Source: Lysobacteraceae bacterium (GTDB lineage: Bacteria; Pseudomonadota; Gammaproteobacteria; Xanthomonadales; Xanthomonadaceae). From it: DNA of 64,000 nucleotides. Both the position numbers and the translations under genes were made by a program. Below the pieces are notes generated by a model, which was given only the letters and a program-made list of their open reading frames with translations, was not told where the DNA came from and made no database searches. Below, piece by piece: positions 28,933 to 38,194 of this stretch; within the stretch, counting starts at the first letter, position 1, and every line of letters starts with the position of its first letter. The stretch spans positions 1,949-65,948 of the forward strand of contig SSEV01000036.1 of the NCBI GenBank assembly GCA_008015095.1. Direction: 5' to 3'.

Positions 28933-31064
28933 GGCTCGTTATCCTGATCACCGTTGCCGTTGCCGTTGATTTCGCTGAGTTGTCCGCCGTGCAGATGCAA
29001 GACCCGGTGCGCGGCGTTGATGGTTTCCGGACGGTGGGCGATGACGATGCGGGTGATGCCGATTTTGGAGATCTCGTCATTGATCTGGCGTTCGCGTTTG
29101 ACGTCGAGCTGGCTGGTCGCTTCGTCGAGGAACAGGATCATCGGCTTTCGGTATAGCGCTCGCGCCAGGAAAATACGCTGTTGTTGTCCACCGGACAACA
29201 ACGACCCCATATCGCCGACCAACGTGCGGTAGCCCATTGGCAGCTTCGCGATCGTGTCGTGGATGCCGGCCATGCGCGCGCATTGTTCGGCATATTCCAG
29301 ATCCGGGGCCATATCGAACAGGCAGATGTTCTCCAGGATCGAGCCGGAAAACAGAGTATCGTTCTGCAAGACCACGCCGATTAGGTCGCGAAAGCGCTCT
29401 TTTCCGATCGCAGCCAGTTCGACGCCATCAACGAACACGCCGCCTTGCTCCGGCTCCAACATGCCGAGCATGACGCGCAACAGCGTGCTCTTGCCCTCGC
29501 CGGAAGGCCCAGTGATCGCAACGAATTCACCGGGTTGCACCGAGACAGACGTGTTGCGCAAGATCCACGGCGCGTTCGGATCGTAACGGAACGACACATC
29601 ACGCAGCTCGATCCCACCCTTGAGCGAGGAGGTGGTCAGCAGCCCGCTGCCCTGCATCGCCTTCTCGGGCTCCATCGCGTACACGTCGCTGAGTTTGGCG
29701 CGGTGGATGCGCAGCATGTTGAAATCGGCGACGCGATCGATCAGCGTGGTCAGGCGCAGCGCGAACAACTGCACCAGGCTCAGCGAGGCCAGCAGTGCGC
29801 CGAGGCTCAGTTCGCCATCGATCGACATGCGCGCGCCGTACCATAGGCCGGCGCCAAAGATCAACATCTGGAGAGTGGCCGCCGATGCTGAAAATAACGA
29901 GAGCAGGGTCTGCATCCGCGCGGTCGCATTGAACCAAGCCGACAACAACGCGCTCCAGGTCGCGTCGCGCATGTATTGGTTATTGTGGACTTTGATGCTT
30001 TCGATGCCGCGCATGCTTTCGACGAAAGTGGTCAGCGAGACCGAAGCCTTGACCATCTGTTCCTCGTTCATCATCACGTAGCGGTTCTGAAGGCTGTAAC
30101 GCAGCAGCGCGTAGCCACCCATCCCCAGGATCGCGATCGCGCCGATAGCAGGGCTGTAGACCAGAACCGCCATGATCGCCAGCAGCATCGCCATGCCGTC
30201 GATGATCGCCTCGACGAAGGCGGTGGTGATCAAGCGCTGGATCACGCGCAATGACTCGAAACGCGCGACCAGATCTGAACTCTGCCGTCGTTGAAAAAAG
30301 TCCAGCGGCAGATTGATCAGGTGCCGGAACAGCGTGCGCGCGAGATGACTGTGGATCGCATTGCCCAGATAGACGAAGGTCATGCCGCGCGCGAAATGGC
30401 TGACGAACAGTGTTCCGAGCAACAGCAGCAGGCCGACGCCCACGATATTCAGCACGCGGGTATCTCCGGCAGGCACCACGGTATCGACCAGGAACTGGCC
30501 GCATAGCGGCACCAGAATCGCCAGCAACTGGGTGAACAGCGCGAAGATCAGGCCGTGCACCAGCGGTCTGTTGTCCTGCAAAGCGCCGCGTAACAAAACC
30601 CGGAACGGCAGCGCGGTGCGTTCTTTCACGCGTTGGAAATTCTGGGCCGGGGATAGTTCGACCGCCACGCCGGTGTAGTGCCCGGAGGCTTCTTGCGGAC
30701 TGTATTCCCGACGGCCCGAGGCGGGGTCGTTTATCACCAGGGTGCCGTCTGACTTGGTTGCGACCAGCACCACGAAATGATTGAAGTCCCAGTGCAGGAT
30801 CGCCGGCTTGCTGAGTTTCGGCAGCGCCGCCAACGGCGCCTTGATCGCCCGGGTCGACAGATTCAGGCGTCCAGCCACCTCCAGCAGCTCACGCAGGGTC
30901 GCTCCCAACGCAGAAAATGCGAAGCGCTGACGGATAGTCGCCAGATCCACGTCGTAACCGTGATAGGCGGCGACCATGGTCAGGCAGGCCAACCCGCATT
31001 CCGCGCGTTCGGATTGCAGGATCAGGGGAACCGAGCGTTTGAAGCCAAGCAACTCGAGAATCAT
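28929..31064 (-). CDS. Peptidase C39-containing ABC transporter (PCAT), second copy
   Basis: QSERAECGLAC, LHWDFNHFVV, GPSGEGKS, LSGGQ, LDEATSQLD. Confidence 0.95.
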   Translation of the reverse strand: MILELLGFKRSVPLILQSERAECGLACLTMVAAYHGYDVDLATIRQRFAFSALGATLRELLEVAGRLNLSTRAIKAPLAALPKLSKPAILHWDFNHFVVLVATKSDGTLVINDPASGRREYSPQEASGHYTGVAVELSPAQNFQRVKERTALPFRVLLRGALQDNRPLVHGLIFALFTQLLAILVPLCGQFLVDTVVPAGDTRVLNIVGVGLLLLLGTLFVSHFARGMTFVYLGNAIHSHLARTLFRHLINLPLDFFQRRQSSDLVARFESLRVIQRLITTAFVEAIIDGMAMLLAIMAVLVYSPAIGAIAILGMGGYALLRYSLQNRYVMMNEEQMVKASVSLTTFVESMRGIESIKVHNNQYMRDATWSALLSAWFNATARMQTLLSLFSASAATLQMLIFGAGLWYGARMSIDGELSLGALLASLSLVQLFALRLTTLIDRVADFNMLRIHRAKLSDVYAMEPEKAMQGSGLLTTSSLKGGIELRDVSFRYDPNAPWILRNTSVSVQPGEFVAITGPSGEGKSTLLRVMLGMLEPEQGGVFVDGVELAAIGKERFRDLIGVVLQNDTLFSGSILENICLFDMAPDLEYAEQCARMAGIHDTIAKLPMGYRTLVGDMGSLLSGGQQQRIFLARALYRKPMILFLDEATSQLDVKRERQINDEISKIGITRIVIAHRPETINAAHRVLHLHGGQLSEINGNGNGDQDNEP

Positions 31065-31140
31065 CGGATGGATTGCCGGAAAATGAGCGGTTCACGCGCG
31101 ATCATGGCGATGTCCCGCCACGATGCCGCCATTGGACAGC

Positions 31141-32403
31141 TCAGTAATTGCTGCCGGGCAGCAGGATCCATTGCAGCAGACTCCGTGTGGCTCTGGGGAT
31201 TTCTACCTGCGCGACCATACCCGAAAGCAGCTGCCGCGCGCCCTGCGGCGTCTGGATGCGCTGATCACTGGGCTGCACCATCACCCGATACAGGGGTTCG
31301 CGCGCTTGGCGCTCGGCTTCTGTACGGTTGGCCGCTTCGCCGCGCCATGGCGAACGATCGACGCTGGTCACGCGACCTTCGAAACTGCCGTAGTAGTAAT
31401 AAGGAAAAGCCTCGTAACGGATACGGACGCGGGTGCCTGGGCGCAGACCGACCACCGCGCTGGCGCTGACGAGTGCGCGGATTTGCAGTGCTTCGGCGGG
31501 ATTGACGGTAGTGACGATGGGCGTGTCGATATCGACGTAGTTGCCCGATTCCACATGCAGGGCTTCGACCGCCAGCGCTTTGCCCGCCCGCAACTCGACC
31601 CGGCGGTTGCCGCGGGCCGATGCGATCCGGCTGTCGAGTTCGGCCATATCCTGACGCAGCCGTTCCGTTTCGGTACGCGAACGATCACGCAGATCGATTG
31701 CACGCTGATTCAGGGCCATCGCCTGTTGCCGCAGAGCCGCTACATCGCGTTCGGCGTTGGCGGCCTCCGATTGCAGCTCAGCGACCTCGCCGCGCAACAC
31801 CGACACCGCCTGCGAGGAAACGAAACCGTCGCGCTGCAGGGCAGTATTGCGCTCCAGCTCGGCCTGTTTCAGACGCAGGCGCTCACCGACCAGCGCACGT
31901 TCCTGTTGTAGGCGCGATAGCTGCGTATCGAGCAAGCGTGATTGCGATTCGATCGAGGCTAACTGCGCCTGGGAAGATGCATCGGTGATGCGGTCGGCGC
32001 GTTGCAGGCTGTCGCGCTTGGAAGCCAAGTGCGACAGCCCGGCATCGGTGACTGAATTCGCCGCCTCCACTGCGGCCGCGGCGTCCACCCAGCCCAGCAA
32101 CGCGCCTGCGCGCAGCCGCGTGCCGGGTACCGCCTCGGGAGCGAGATACACGGTTCCTTCCTGGCCGGCGACATGCACGGTGATGCCCGATCGCGGGCTG
32201 ACGATACCGGTTGCGCGGTAGTACTGGGTGTAGTCGCTGAAGGCCAGGAACGCGATTAAGGCCACCGCCACGATCGCGACGCCCCAGCCCAATCGGGACA
32301 AGGACAGCGGATAGGCCATCGCCGGCTCGCCTTGGTATTTCTCGCGCTGCGCGGCCAGGGCTTCGCTGCGGAAAGTGCCTTTATTGCCCGATGTCGGCTC
32401 CAT
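31141..32403 (-). CDS. HlyD-family membrane fusion protein, second copy
   Basis: FRSEAL, TM helix, coiled coil, AFPYYYYGSF, LLSGM. Confidence 0.9.
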   Translation of the reverse strand: MEPTSGNKGTFRSEALAAQREKYQGEPAMAYPLSLSRLGWGVAIVAVALIAFLAFSDYTQYYRATGIVSPRSGITVHVAGQEGTVYLAPEAVPGTRLRAGALLGWVDAAAAVEAANSVTDAGLSHLASKRDSLQRADRITDASSQAQLASIESQSRLLDTQLSRLQQERALVGERLRLKQAELERNTALQRDGFVSSQAVSVLRGEVAELQSEAANAERDVAALRQQAMALNQRAIDLRDRSRTETERLRQDMAELDSRIASARGNRRVELRAGKALAVEALHVESGNYVDIDTPIVTTVNPAEALQIRALVSASAVVGLRPGTRVRIRYEAFPYYYYGSFEGRVTSVDRSPWRGEAANRTEAERQAREPLYRVMVQPSDQRIQTPQGARQLLSGMVAQVEIPRATRSLLQWILLPGSNY

Positions 32404-32481
32404 GCCGTGGATCAACCCGGTATCGCGAAACGGGAACGAACGGCCGCGCGCGCTGCAATGGCTGCGGTAGCGGAGCGCGGT

Positions 32482-33489
32482 TCAATGCACTCCGGCATGG
32501 GGCCTCGCTTGCAGATCGGATACCCGGCGTGGGCAGGGGTTATTTTCGTCGGCGTAATAGGTGTAGAGCTGCCCCACACGCGCTGAAGCCACGCGGTGCA
32601 ACATCAACACGCGCTGCGTGATCCGCGCTTCGTCCTCCTCGGAAAGGTATTCCACGTGCTTGAAACATTGTCGGCTGATGGTGCCGTGCTCGCGGTTGTT
32701 GTTGATCCGGTCGTGCTCGCGATGACTTTCAATATAGGCGGTCGGCGCGCCGTTGCGTTGCAACATCTGCAGATAGCCTTCGCCAGCCTGCTGTCGGCCC
32801 TCGACCACGAATAAACAAGCGAGCAGCGCCAGCGGATCGACGTGGGCGAGGTAGAACAATTCGTTAATCACTGCGCTGGTGTAGGGCAGCGGCACGACAT
32901 CGGCGACATCATGTTCGCCGTAGCCGTAGACTTCCAGCGCTCGTAGTAGGATGCGATCGTGCCGGTACTCCTCGATCACGAACGCAGCCATGATCGCCTG
33001 CAATTCGCCCGATACCCGAGCCAGCGCGGGAGAAATCGCGTCGTAGGCGCCGAGAGTGATGAAGTAGTACTCGAACGCGTTGCCGATGAGCTGACGCTCG
33101 TTCCAGTGGTCGCCGTCAATGATGTCGGCGATTCCGGACTGCATCATGCGCTCGACTTGCTCCAACACCCGCTGCTCGATCCTGCTGAGTACGGCGATGC
33201 CACTGCGCCCATGCTGCGGCCCGTGCCCCTCCACCACCAATCCAGCCGAATCCAGCGCCCGGAGGATCGGTATCCCCACCCCTTTCGGGGCGCTCGCGAT
33301 ATCCAGCCGCATGCCGCCGGTCGAGGCGCAGTTCTGCAGCCAATCGTGAACAGGTTGCACGTGCTGCGGCGGCAGACCCTTGAGGCGTACCGCGCGACTG
33401 TCACGGAAAATTTTGAGCACACTGTCTTCGATCCGAACCTGGGCGTCCTCAATCAGGTGCGGGCGAGTGAAAAATTCTTCAGTCTTCAT
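32482..33489 (-). CDS. Heme-oxygenase-like diiron oxidase (TenA/PqqC/CADD fold) with N-terminal RRE/winged-helix-like domain
   Basis: EYY, EEYRH, VVEG, HREHD..EH metal-ligand pattern; first ~90 aa read as 3 strands plus helices ending LRALDSAGLV. Confidence 0.75.
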   Translation of the reverse strand: MKTEEFFTRPHLIEDAQVRIEDSVLKIFRDSRAVRLKGLPPQHVQPVHDWLQNCASTGGMRLDIASAPKGVGIPILRALDSAGLVVEGHGPQHGRSGIAVLSRIEQRVLEQVERMMQSGIADIIDGDHWNERQLIGNAFEYYFITLGAYDAISPALARVSGELQAIMAAFVIEEYRHDRILLRALEVYGYGEHDVADVVPLPYTSAVINELFYLAHVDPLALLACLFVVEGRQQAGEGYLQMLQRNGAPTAYIESHREHDRINNNREHGTISRQCFKHVEYLSEEDEARITQRVLMLHRVASARVGQLYTYYADENNPCPRRVSDLQARPHAGVH

Positions 33490-33536
33490 TGTCGGCGTGC
33501 AGCTGTCGTGTCTTCAGCCAGAGCCGGTGTCATCGA

Positions 33537-33566
33537 CCTTGATGGACATCACCCTTGATGGACATC
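33537..33566. repeat. Perfect 14-bp direct repeat, possible operator
   Basis: CCTTGATGGACATC at 33537-33550 and 33553-33566. Confidence 0.7.
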
Positions 33567-33605
33567 CGCATCGCAAGACCACGATGCCCGGTACGCGGCC
33601 GGCAA

Positions 33606-33654
33606 TATAAAAGGGCCGGCCTGCTTGCCTAGGATCAGGCAGAGACCGACCCTT
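33606..33654 (-). terminator. Stem-loop with U-tract between precursor and HDO gene
   Basis: Minus strand AAGGGTCGGTCT..TGCCT-GATCCT-AGGCA..AGGCCGGCCCTTTTAT (12-bp outer stem with G-U pairs). Confidence 0.7.
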
Positions 33655-33672
33655 CGTGTGGCGTCGACCGAA

Positions 33673-33816
33673 TTACAGGTGGGCAACCACGCCGAGGACG
33701 GCTGCGCCGGTGATTTCGGCGAATTCGCATTCAGACAGGGCTTCGCAACCATCCGGGAGCTGATCGTCGATGCTGTTCATTTCGACGACGGCGTTTTTCT
33801 TGGCGAAAGAAAACAT
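33673..33816 (-). CDS. 47-aa double-glycine-type RiPP precursor MFSFAKKNAVVEMNSIDDQLPDGCEALSECEFAEITGA-AVLGVVAHL (not in ORF track)
   Basis: Translated by hand; AAGGAG RBS 7 nt before ATG; LSECEFAEITGA fits LSxxELxxIxG(G/A); directly upstream of HDO-HlyD-PCAT. Confidence 0.88.
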   Translation of the reverse strand: MFSFAKKNAVVEMNSIDDQLPDGCEALSECEFAEITGAAVLGVVAHL

Positions 33817-33874
33817 GGTGGATCTCCTTGAGAATTAGGGTTCGATTGGAGACGGCTCGAACAAGCCGAACCGC

Positions 33875-33903
33875 AGGCTAGCAAATCGGTTCCAGAGCGT
33901 CAA
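33875..33903 (-). promoter_or_regulatory. Sigma70-like promoter of the 47-aa precursor
   Basis: Minus strand TTGACG-N17-TAGCCT with TGn extended -10. Confidence 0.65.
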
Positions 33904-34170
33904 CCCTGCGGGAAATTCCTTGTTTTTCAATTTCTTAACAAGAATTCGGTGCTCTATCGGACTGTTCCGATGGCGCTTTCACGAGCGGGTTGAGAGAATT
34001 TCAAACCCTGGCCTCAAGCCTGTTCCAGGCATTACGGACAGGGCCACGACAGGCGGATTCGACGGAGAGGAGTCATTGACCTGTCGGGCAGGCGGCAACT
34101 GCTACACTCCGCCGCGACCTGCGGTGTCACCCCCGGGCCGCCACTTGATTCTCCAGTCTGTCCTGGCCCT

Positions 34171-35136
34171 ATGCCCGCTTGGAAGCAACTCACCCGTATC
34201 CCGTTGAAGGCGCGGCTTTATGCGCGGGAGCCCTATTTTCGCGAAGGCCTTGATCAGGCATGGCGGTGTCTGGGCGACGCAACCCCTGAAACGCTGCATC
34301 GCAGCGCGTTGATGATGATCAAGCCTGATGGGTTGATCGGTGGGAAAGCTCCCAGGATCGTCGAGTTTCTGCACGAATACGGGTTCGAAATCGTTGCAGT
34401 GCGCCACTTCGTCCTGCACCGTCTGCAATGGCGTGAACTGTGGCGGTATCAGCTGACCGCCGCGACCCTCGACCGGCTGATGGTCAACGATCTGGTGTTT
34501 TCAGAGCCTGGCCTGATGCTGTGTCTGCGCGACACGACAGTATCGCCATTGCCTGCCACGGTGCGCCTGAGCGAGCTTAAGGGGCCTTCGGACGTGGCGC
34601 AGCAGACGCCAGGGTGCTTGCGTCGTCTGATGGCTCAGCCCAATCGCGTGTTCAGCTTGTTTCATGTCGCCGACGAACCGGCGGACCTGCTCCGCGAGCT
34701 GTCGATTTTCCTCGATGCATGGGACCGGGCGCGGGTGTTCAATGCGCTGATGGGCGTCGGAGCCTTGCCGGAAGATGAGCAAAGCCGATTGGATGGGGTC
34801 GTCGAGGCATCGCGGCGTTCCGCGCGATCGCTGGATGCCGGGCACGCGCTTGCGCGCGTGCGTGCGGCATTGGGCGCGCAGCGGGGGTCGATCGCCGAAA
34901 CCGAATGGGCTGCCCTGCATGCTGCGTTGCAGTCGATGGCCGAGGGGGAGCGGATTGCATGGCGGCCGTTTGCGGACGCCTTGGCGCGCAGCGGTCTGAT
35001 GGCCGATCCGTGGGACATCGCGATTCTGGGCGCCAGCTTCATCGTGTACGACGATCCGGAAGCCAGCAAGCAGCTCGTCGCAGTCGGTCATGCGCCCTGG
35101 CTGCAGCCCGATTTCGAATTCCCGCCAGAGGATTGA
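34171..35136 (+). CDS. Nucleoside-diphosphate-kinase-fold protein with extensions (paralog 2)
   Basis: MIKPDGL, LWRYQ, RLSELKG, LFHVADEPADLLRE; alignable by eye to 11484-12437. Confidence 0.7.
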   Translation: MPAWKQLTRIPLKARLYAREPYFREGLDQAWRCLGDATPETLHRSALMMIKPDGLIGGKAPRIVEFLHEYGFEIVAVRHFVLHRLQWRELWRYQLTAATLDRLMVNDLVFSEPGLMLCLRDTTVSPLPATVRLSELKGPSDVAQQTPGCLRRLMAQPNRVFSLFHVADEPADLLRELSIFLDAWDRARVFNALMGVGALPEDEQSRLDGVVEASRRSARSLDAGHALARVRAALGAQRGSIAETEWAALHAALQSMAEGERIAWRPFADALARSGLMADPWDIAILGASFIVYDDPEASKQLVAVGHAPWLQPDFEFPPED

Positions 35137-35164
35137 TCGGAACCGCGCCCCGGTCGTGATGCGC

Positions 35165-36589
35165 TCACTGCGCAATGTCCGACGCGATTGGAAGGGTGAC
35201 GATGACCCGCAACCCGCCCAGTTTCGGCGAGGCATCGAGCGCGATGCGGCCCTGGTGCAGATGCAAGGCCTGGGTCACGATCGACAGGCCAAGGCCGCTG
35301 CCTTCGGTCTTGGTGCCGAGTTCGCGGTGGAAGCGTTCGAATACGCGTTGTCGCGCGGCTTCGGGAATGCCGGGACCGGAATCTTCGATCACAATTTCGG
35401 CGTCGCCGTCGTTGCGGCCGGCATGGGCGATGACTTCACCGCCATGCGGGGTGTGCCGCAAGGCGTTGTCCAGTAGATTGCGTACCAGCGCGTCCAACGC
35501 CAGCTCGTCGCCATGCACGGTCACCGGTTCGGTCGATAGATGCAGGCGTTTGCCATCGGCGATGCCGCTGGCTGCGTAGTCGCGGCAATGCCGCTCGAGT
35601 ACGGCAGCCAGATCGATCCGTCGTCGTGAGAGCGGCGCAGTGCCGTTCTCCATGCGGCTGAGGGTGAGCATTTGCGCGACGAGCCGCTCCATGCGCTGGA
35701 TCCCCGCATCCAGATGCGATTGCGACTGGTCGCGTTCGATCGCGGTGGCGGCGTGACGTAAGTTGTAGGCGTGGACTTTGAGCGCCGCGAGCGGCGTGCG
35801 CAGCTCGTGGGCGGCATCCGCGGTGAAGCGGCGTTCGCGCGCCAGCGCAACGTCGAGCCGCGCGATCAGTCCGTTCACCGATTTGACGATGCCCTGGATC
35901 TCTCGCGGTACCCGATCGAGATGGATCGGTTCGAGATGATCGGGCGAACGTTGTTCGACTGCATCCGAGACCCGCACCAGACTGCGGCAGGCCCAATCGA
36001 CCGCGATCCAGACGAACAAGGCCAGCAACGGCACCGCAGCCAGCAGCGGCAGCAACGTGCCCAGCGCGATCTCTTCGGCGATCTCTTCGCGAATCGCGGA
36101 CAGTTCGCCGGATTGATACCAGCGCCCCAACGGCGATTTCAGGGTGAACGTGCGCCAATGTTCGCCGTCGATCTCGACATCGGCGAAGCCGGGAACCAGT
36201 GGTGCGAGACGACGGCTCGGTCCGCTGTCGGACCGCAACAGCAACACGCCGTGAGAGTCGCGCACCTGGAAGGAAAGTTTGGTTTCGTAGGCGTGACCGC
36301 CGGGCTGGGCCATGTCGGCGATATCCGCAATCCCGCCGCCGACCGTTCCGTGCCAGACGCTGATCACCATCGGCGTGTCGGCGACCGCACCCGGCGGACG
36401 CTCCGGCAGTTCCGCCAGCGGCGCGTCGGTCAGGCTCAGCAGTACGCGCGAGGAATGCGCGAGTTTGGCGTCGAACAGCTCGCCCGCCTCCTGCAAGCCG
36501 GCGCGATAGCTGAGCGCCGCCGCGATCAGCAGCAGCAGCGTGCTCACGGCGATGATCGACATCAGCAGCGCGCGGCGGATCGAATTCAT
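35165..36589 (-). CDS. Sensor histidine kinase (QseC/PmrB-like)
   Basis: FTADAAHELRTPL, NLLDNA, DSGPGI, GSGLGL; two TM segments. Confidence 0.93.
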   Translation of the reverse strand: MNSIRRALLMSIIAVSTLLLLIAAALSYRAGLQEAGELFDAKLAHSSRVLLSLTDAPLAELPERPPGAVADTPMVISVWHGTVGGGIADIADMAQPGGHAYETKLSFQVRDSHGVLLLRSDSGPSRRLAPLVPGFADVEIDGEHWRTFTLKSPLGRWYQSGELSAIREEIAEEIALGTLLPLLAAVPLLALFVWIAVDWACRSLVRVSDAVEQRSPDHLEPIHLDRVPREIQGIVKSVNGLIARLDVALARERRFTADAAHELRTPLAALKVHAYNLRHAATAIERDQSQSHLDAGIQRMERLVAQMLTLSRMENGTAPLSRRRIDLAAVLERHCRDYAASGIADGKRLHLSTEPVTVHGDELALDALVRNLLDNALRHTPHGGEVIAHAGRNDGDAEIVIEDSGPGIPEAARQRVFERFHRELGTKTEGSGLGLSIVTQALHLHQGRIALDASPKLGGLRVIVTLPIASDIAQ

Positions 36590-37272
36590 ACCGATCCTTC
36601 CGGCGCCTGTGCGACGCTCTCGTCGAGCGCGTAGCCGATCCCGCGCAGGGTACGGATCAGGCCCGGGTCGAGTTTTTTGCGCAACGCATGCACATGCACG
36701 TCGAGTGCGTTGCTGGCCACGTCCTCGTCCCAACCGTAGAGGCGTTGCTGGGCGGATTCGCGGCTGATCGGTCTGCCGCGCTGTTCCATCAGCAGGCGCA
36801 GCAGGGCGAATTCGCGGCGCGAGAGATCGACGGATTTGCCGCGCCAGACCACATCGAGCCGGGCCGGATCCAGCGCGAGCGCGCCGAGTCGCAACAACGG
36901 TTCGGCGCGACCAGCGTTGCGTCGCAGCAGCGCGCGCACGCGCGCCAGCAGTTCCTGCATGTCGAAGGGTTTACCGAGATAATCGTCGGCGCCGGTATCC
37001 AGCCCCAGGGTCCGGTCGCTGGCGCGCTCGCGCGCGCTCAACACCAGGATCGGCAGATCCGCCCCGGCCAGTCGCGCCTGGCGGATGACGGCGATGCCGT
37101 CGAGTTGCGGCAACCCGAGATCGAGCACGACCAGGTCGATGCCACCGTCTTTGATCGCGGCCAGCGCGCTGGCGCCGTCGCGCAACCAGTCGACCGAGAA
37201 TGCGGCCCGGCGCAACGCGGTGCGGAGTCCTTCGCCCAGGGACTCGTCGTCTTCGACCAGCAGGATTCGCAT
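36586..37272 (-). CDS. OmpR-family response regulator (QseB/PmrA-like)
   Basis: MRILLVEDD, LDLGLP, GADDYLGKPF, IRTLRGIGY. Confidence 0.95.
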   Translation of the reverse strand: MRILLVEDDESLGEGLRTALRRAAFSVDWLRDGASALAAIKDGGIDLVVLDLGLPQLDGIAVIRQARLAGADLPILVLSARERASDRTLGLDTGADDYLGKPFDMQELLARVRALLRRNAGRAEPLLRLGALALDPARLDVVWRGKSVDLSRREFALLRLLMEQRGRPISRESAQQRLYGWDEDVASNALDVHVHALRKKLDPGLIRTLRGIGYALDESVAQAPEGSV

Positions 37273-37293
37273 GATGCGAGTGTGGCCCCGGCC

Positions 37294-37962
37294 TCAGCCC
37301 CCCGCAAGATGCGTTCTCACCTTGGCCAGCAATGCCGAGGCTTCTTTGCGTCGACCCTGATCGGCGAGTTCGCGCCCCGGACGCGGCGGCGCTGCGAGCG
37401 CTTTCTCGAGCGCGGCGGCCGCGCCTTTCCAATCGCCCTGGTCTTGAAGGAAATCGCCGAAAAAATAATTGGCGTCGATGCCGTCGGGGTCGGTCTGCAG
37501 ACCCTTGCGCAGCAATTCGCGCGCCTTCTTGTCGTCGCCGAAACCGATCGGCCAGCCGGGCACCTGGTAGTACAGAACGCCGAGGCTGGTGTAGGCCGAA
37601 CCGTCGAGCGCCTTCGCGTCGATCTTGATCGCCTGTTCGAAGTCGGCGCGGGCCTGCTTGACCAGGCCGATCGCGCCGATGCCGCCGCGCTCGCCGGCGA
37701 AACTCGACAGTACGATGCCTTCCCAGATCAATGCGGCCGCATCCTGCGGTTGCGCCGCGCGCGCGGCCGCGGCTTGTTTGACCAGGGCTTCGAACGCCGC
37801 TTCGCGTTGCGGTTTGGGCGTGTTGTAGTTGATTTCGGCCCAGCGGTCGCGCACCGAGGCGACCTGGGCAGACAATGCCCCTCCTGCGAAAGCGAGGGCT
37901 GAAACGGCGAGCAACGCCAGCCCGGAGAGTGGGGCCAGAATGCGGGGATATGGAATCGACAT
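37294..37962 (-). CDS. Exported TPR-repeat protein
   Basis: Signal peptide; LYYQVPGWPIGFGD; TPR helices. Confidence 0.8.
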   Translation of the reverse strand: MSIPYPRILAPLSGLALLAVSALAFAGGALSAQVASVRDRWAEINYNTPKPQREAAFEALVKQAAAARAAQPQDAAALIWEGIVLSSFAGERGGIGAIGLVKQARADFEQAIKIDAKALDGSAYTSLGVLYYQVPGWPIGFGDDKKARELLRKGLQTDPDGIDANYFFGDFLQDQGDWKGAAAALEKALAAPPRPGRELADQGRRKEASALLAKVRTHLAGG

Positions 37963-38044
37963 GCGAGTTCTCCGATGAGAGCGGGACGAGATGAGGTGGA
38001 CGAAAGCGGATAGCGAAAGACGGCTACGTGGGATCAGGGTTGGC

Positions 38045-38180
38045 GGCTGTTGAAAAACCCACAGGAAGTGCGTTTTTCAATTTGTGAGTCCGGTACATGC
38101 CCGAACTTGCTCACGACGAATCCATCGCTGACGCGCTTGCTTCGTCGGCGCATGCGCGAGCGGGCCGTTTTTCAACAGCC
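38045..38180. mobile_element. 136-bp MITE-like element with perfect 14-bp terminal inverted repeats
   Basis: GGCTGTTGAAAAAC (38045-38058) and GTTTTTCAACAGCC (38167-38180); no transposase. Confidence 0.6.
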
Positions 38181-38194
38181 TGTTAGGGCCACGA

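Noticed and set aside
33597-33621. GGCCGGC/GCCGGCC hairpin as a separate terminator
   Set aside because: Overlaps the stronger 33606-33654 stem-loop and has no U-tract of its own; at most an alternative fold
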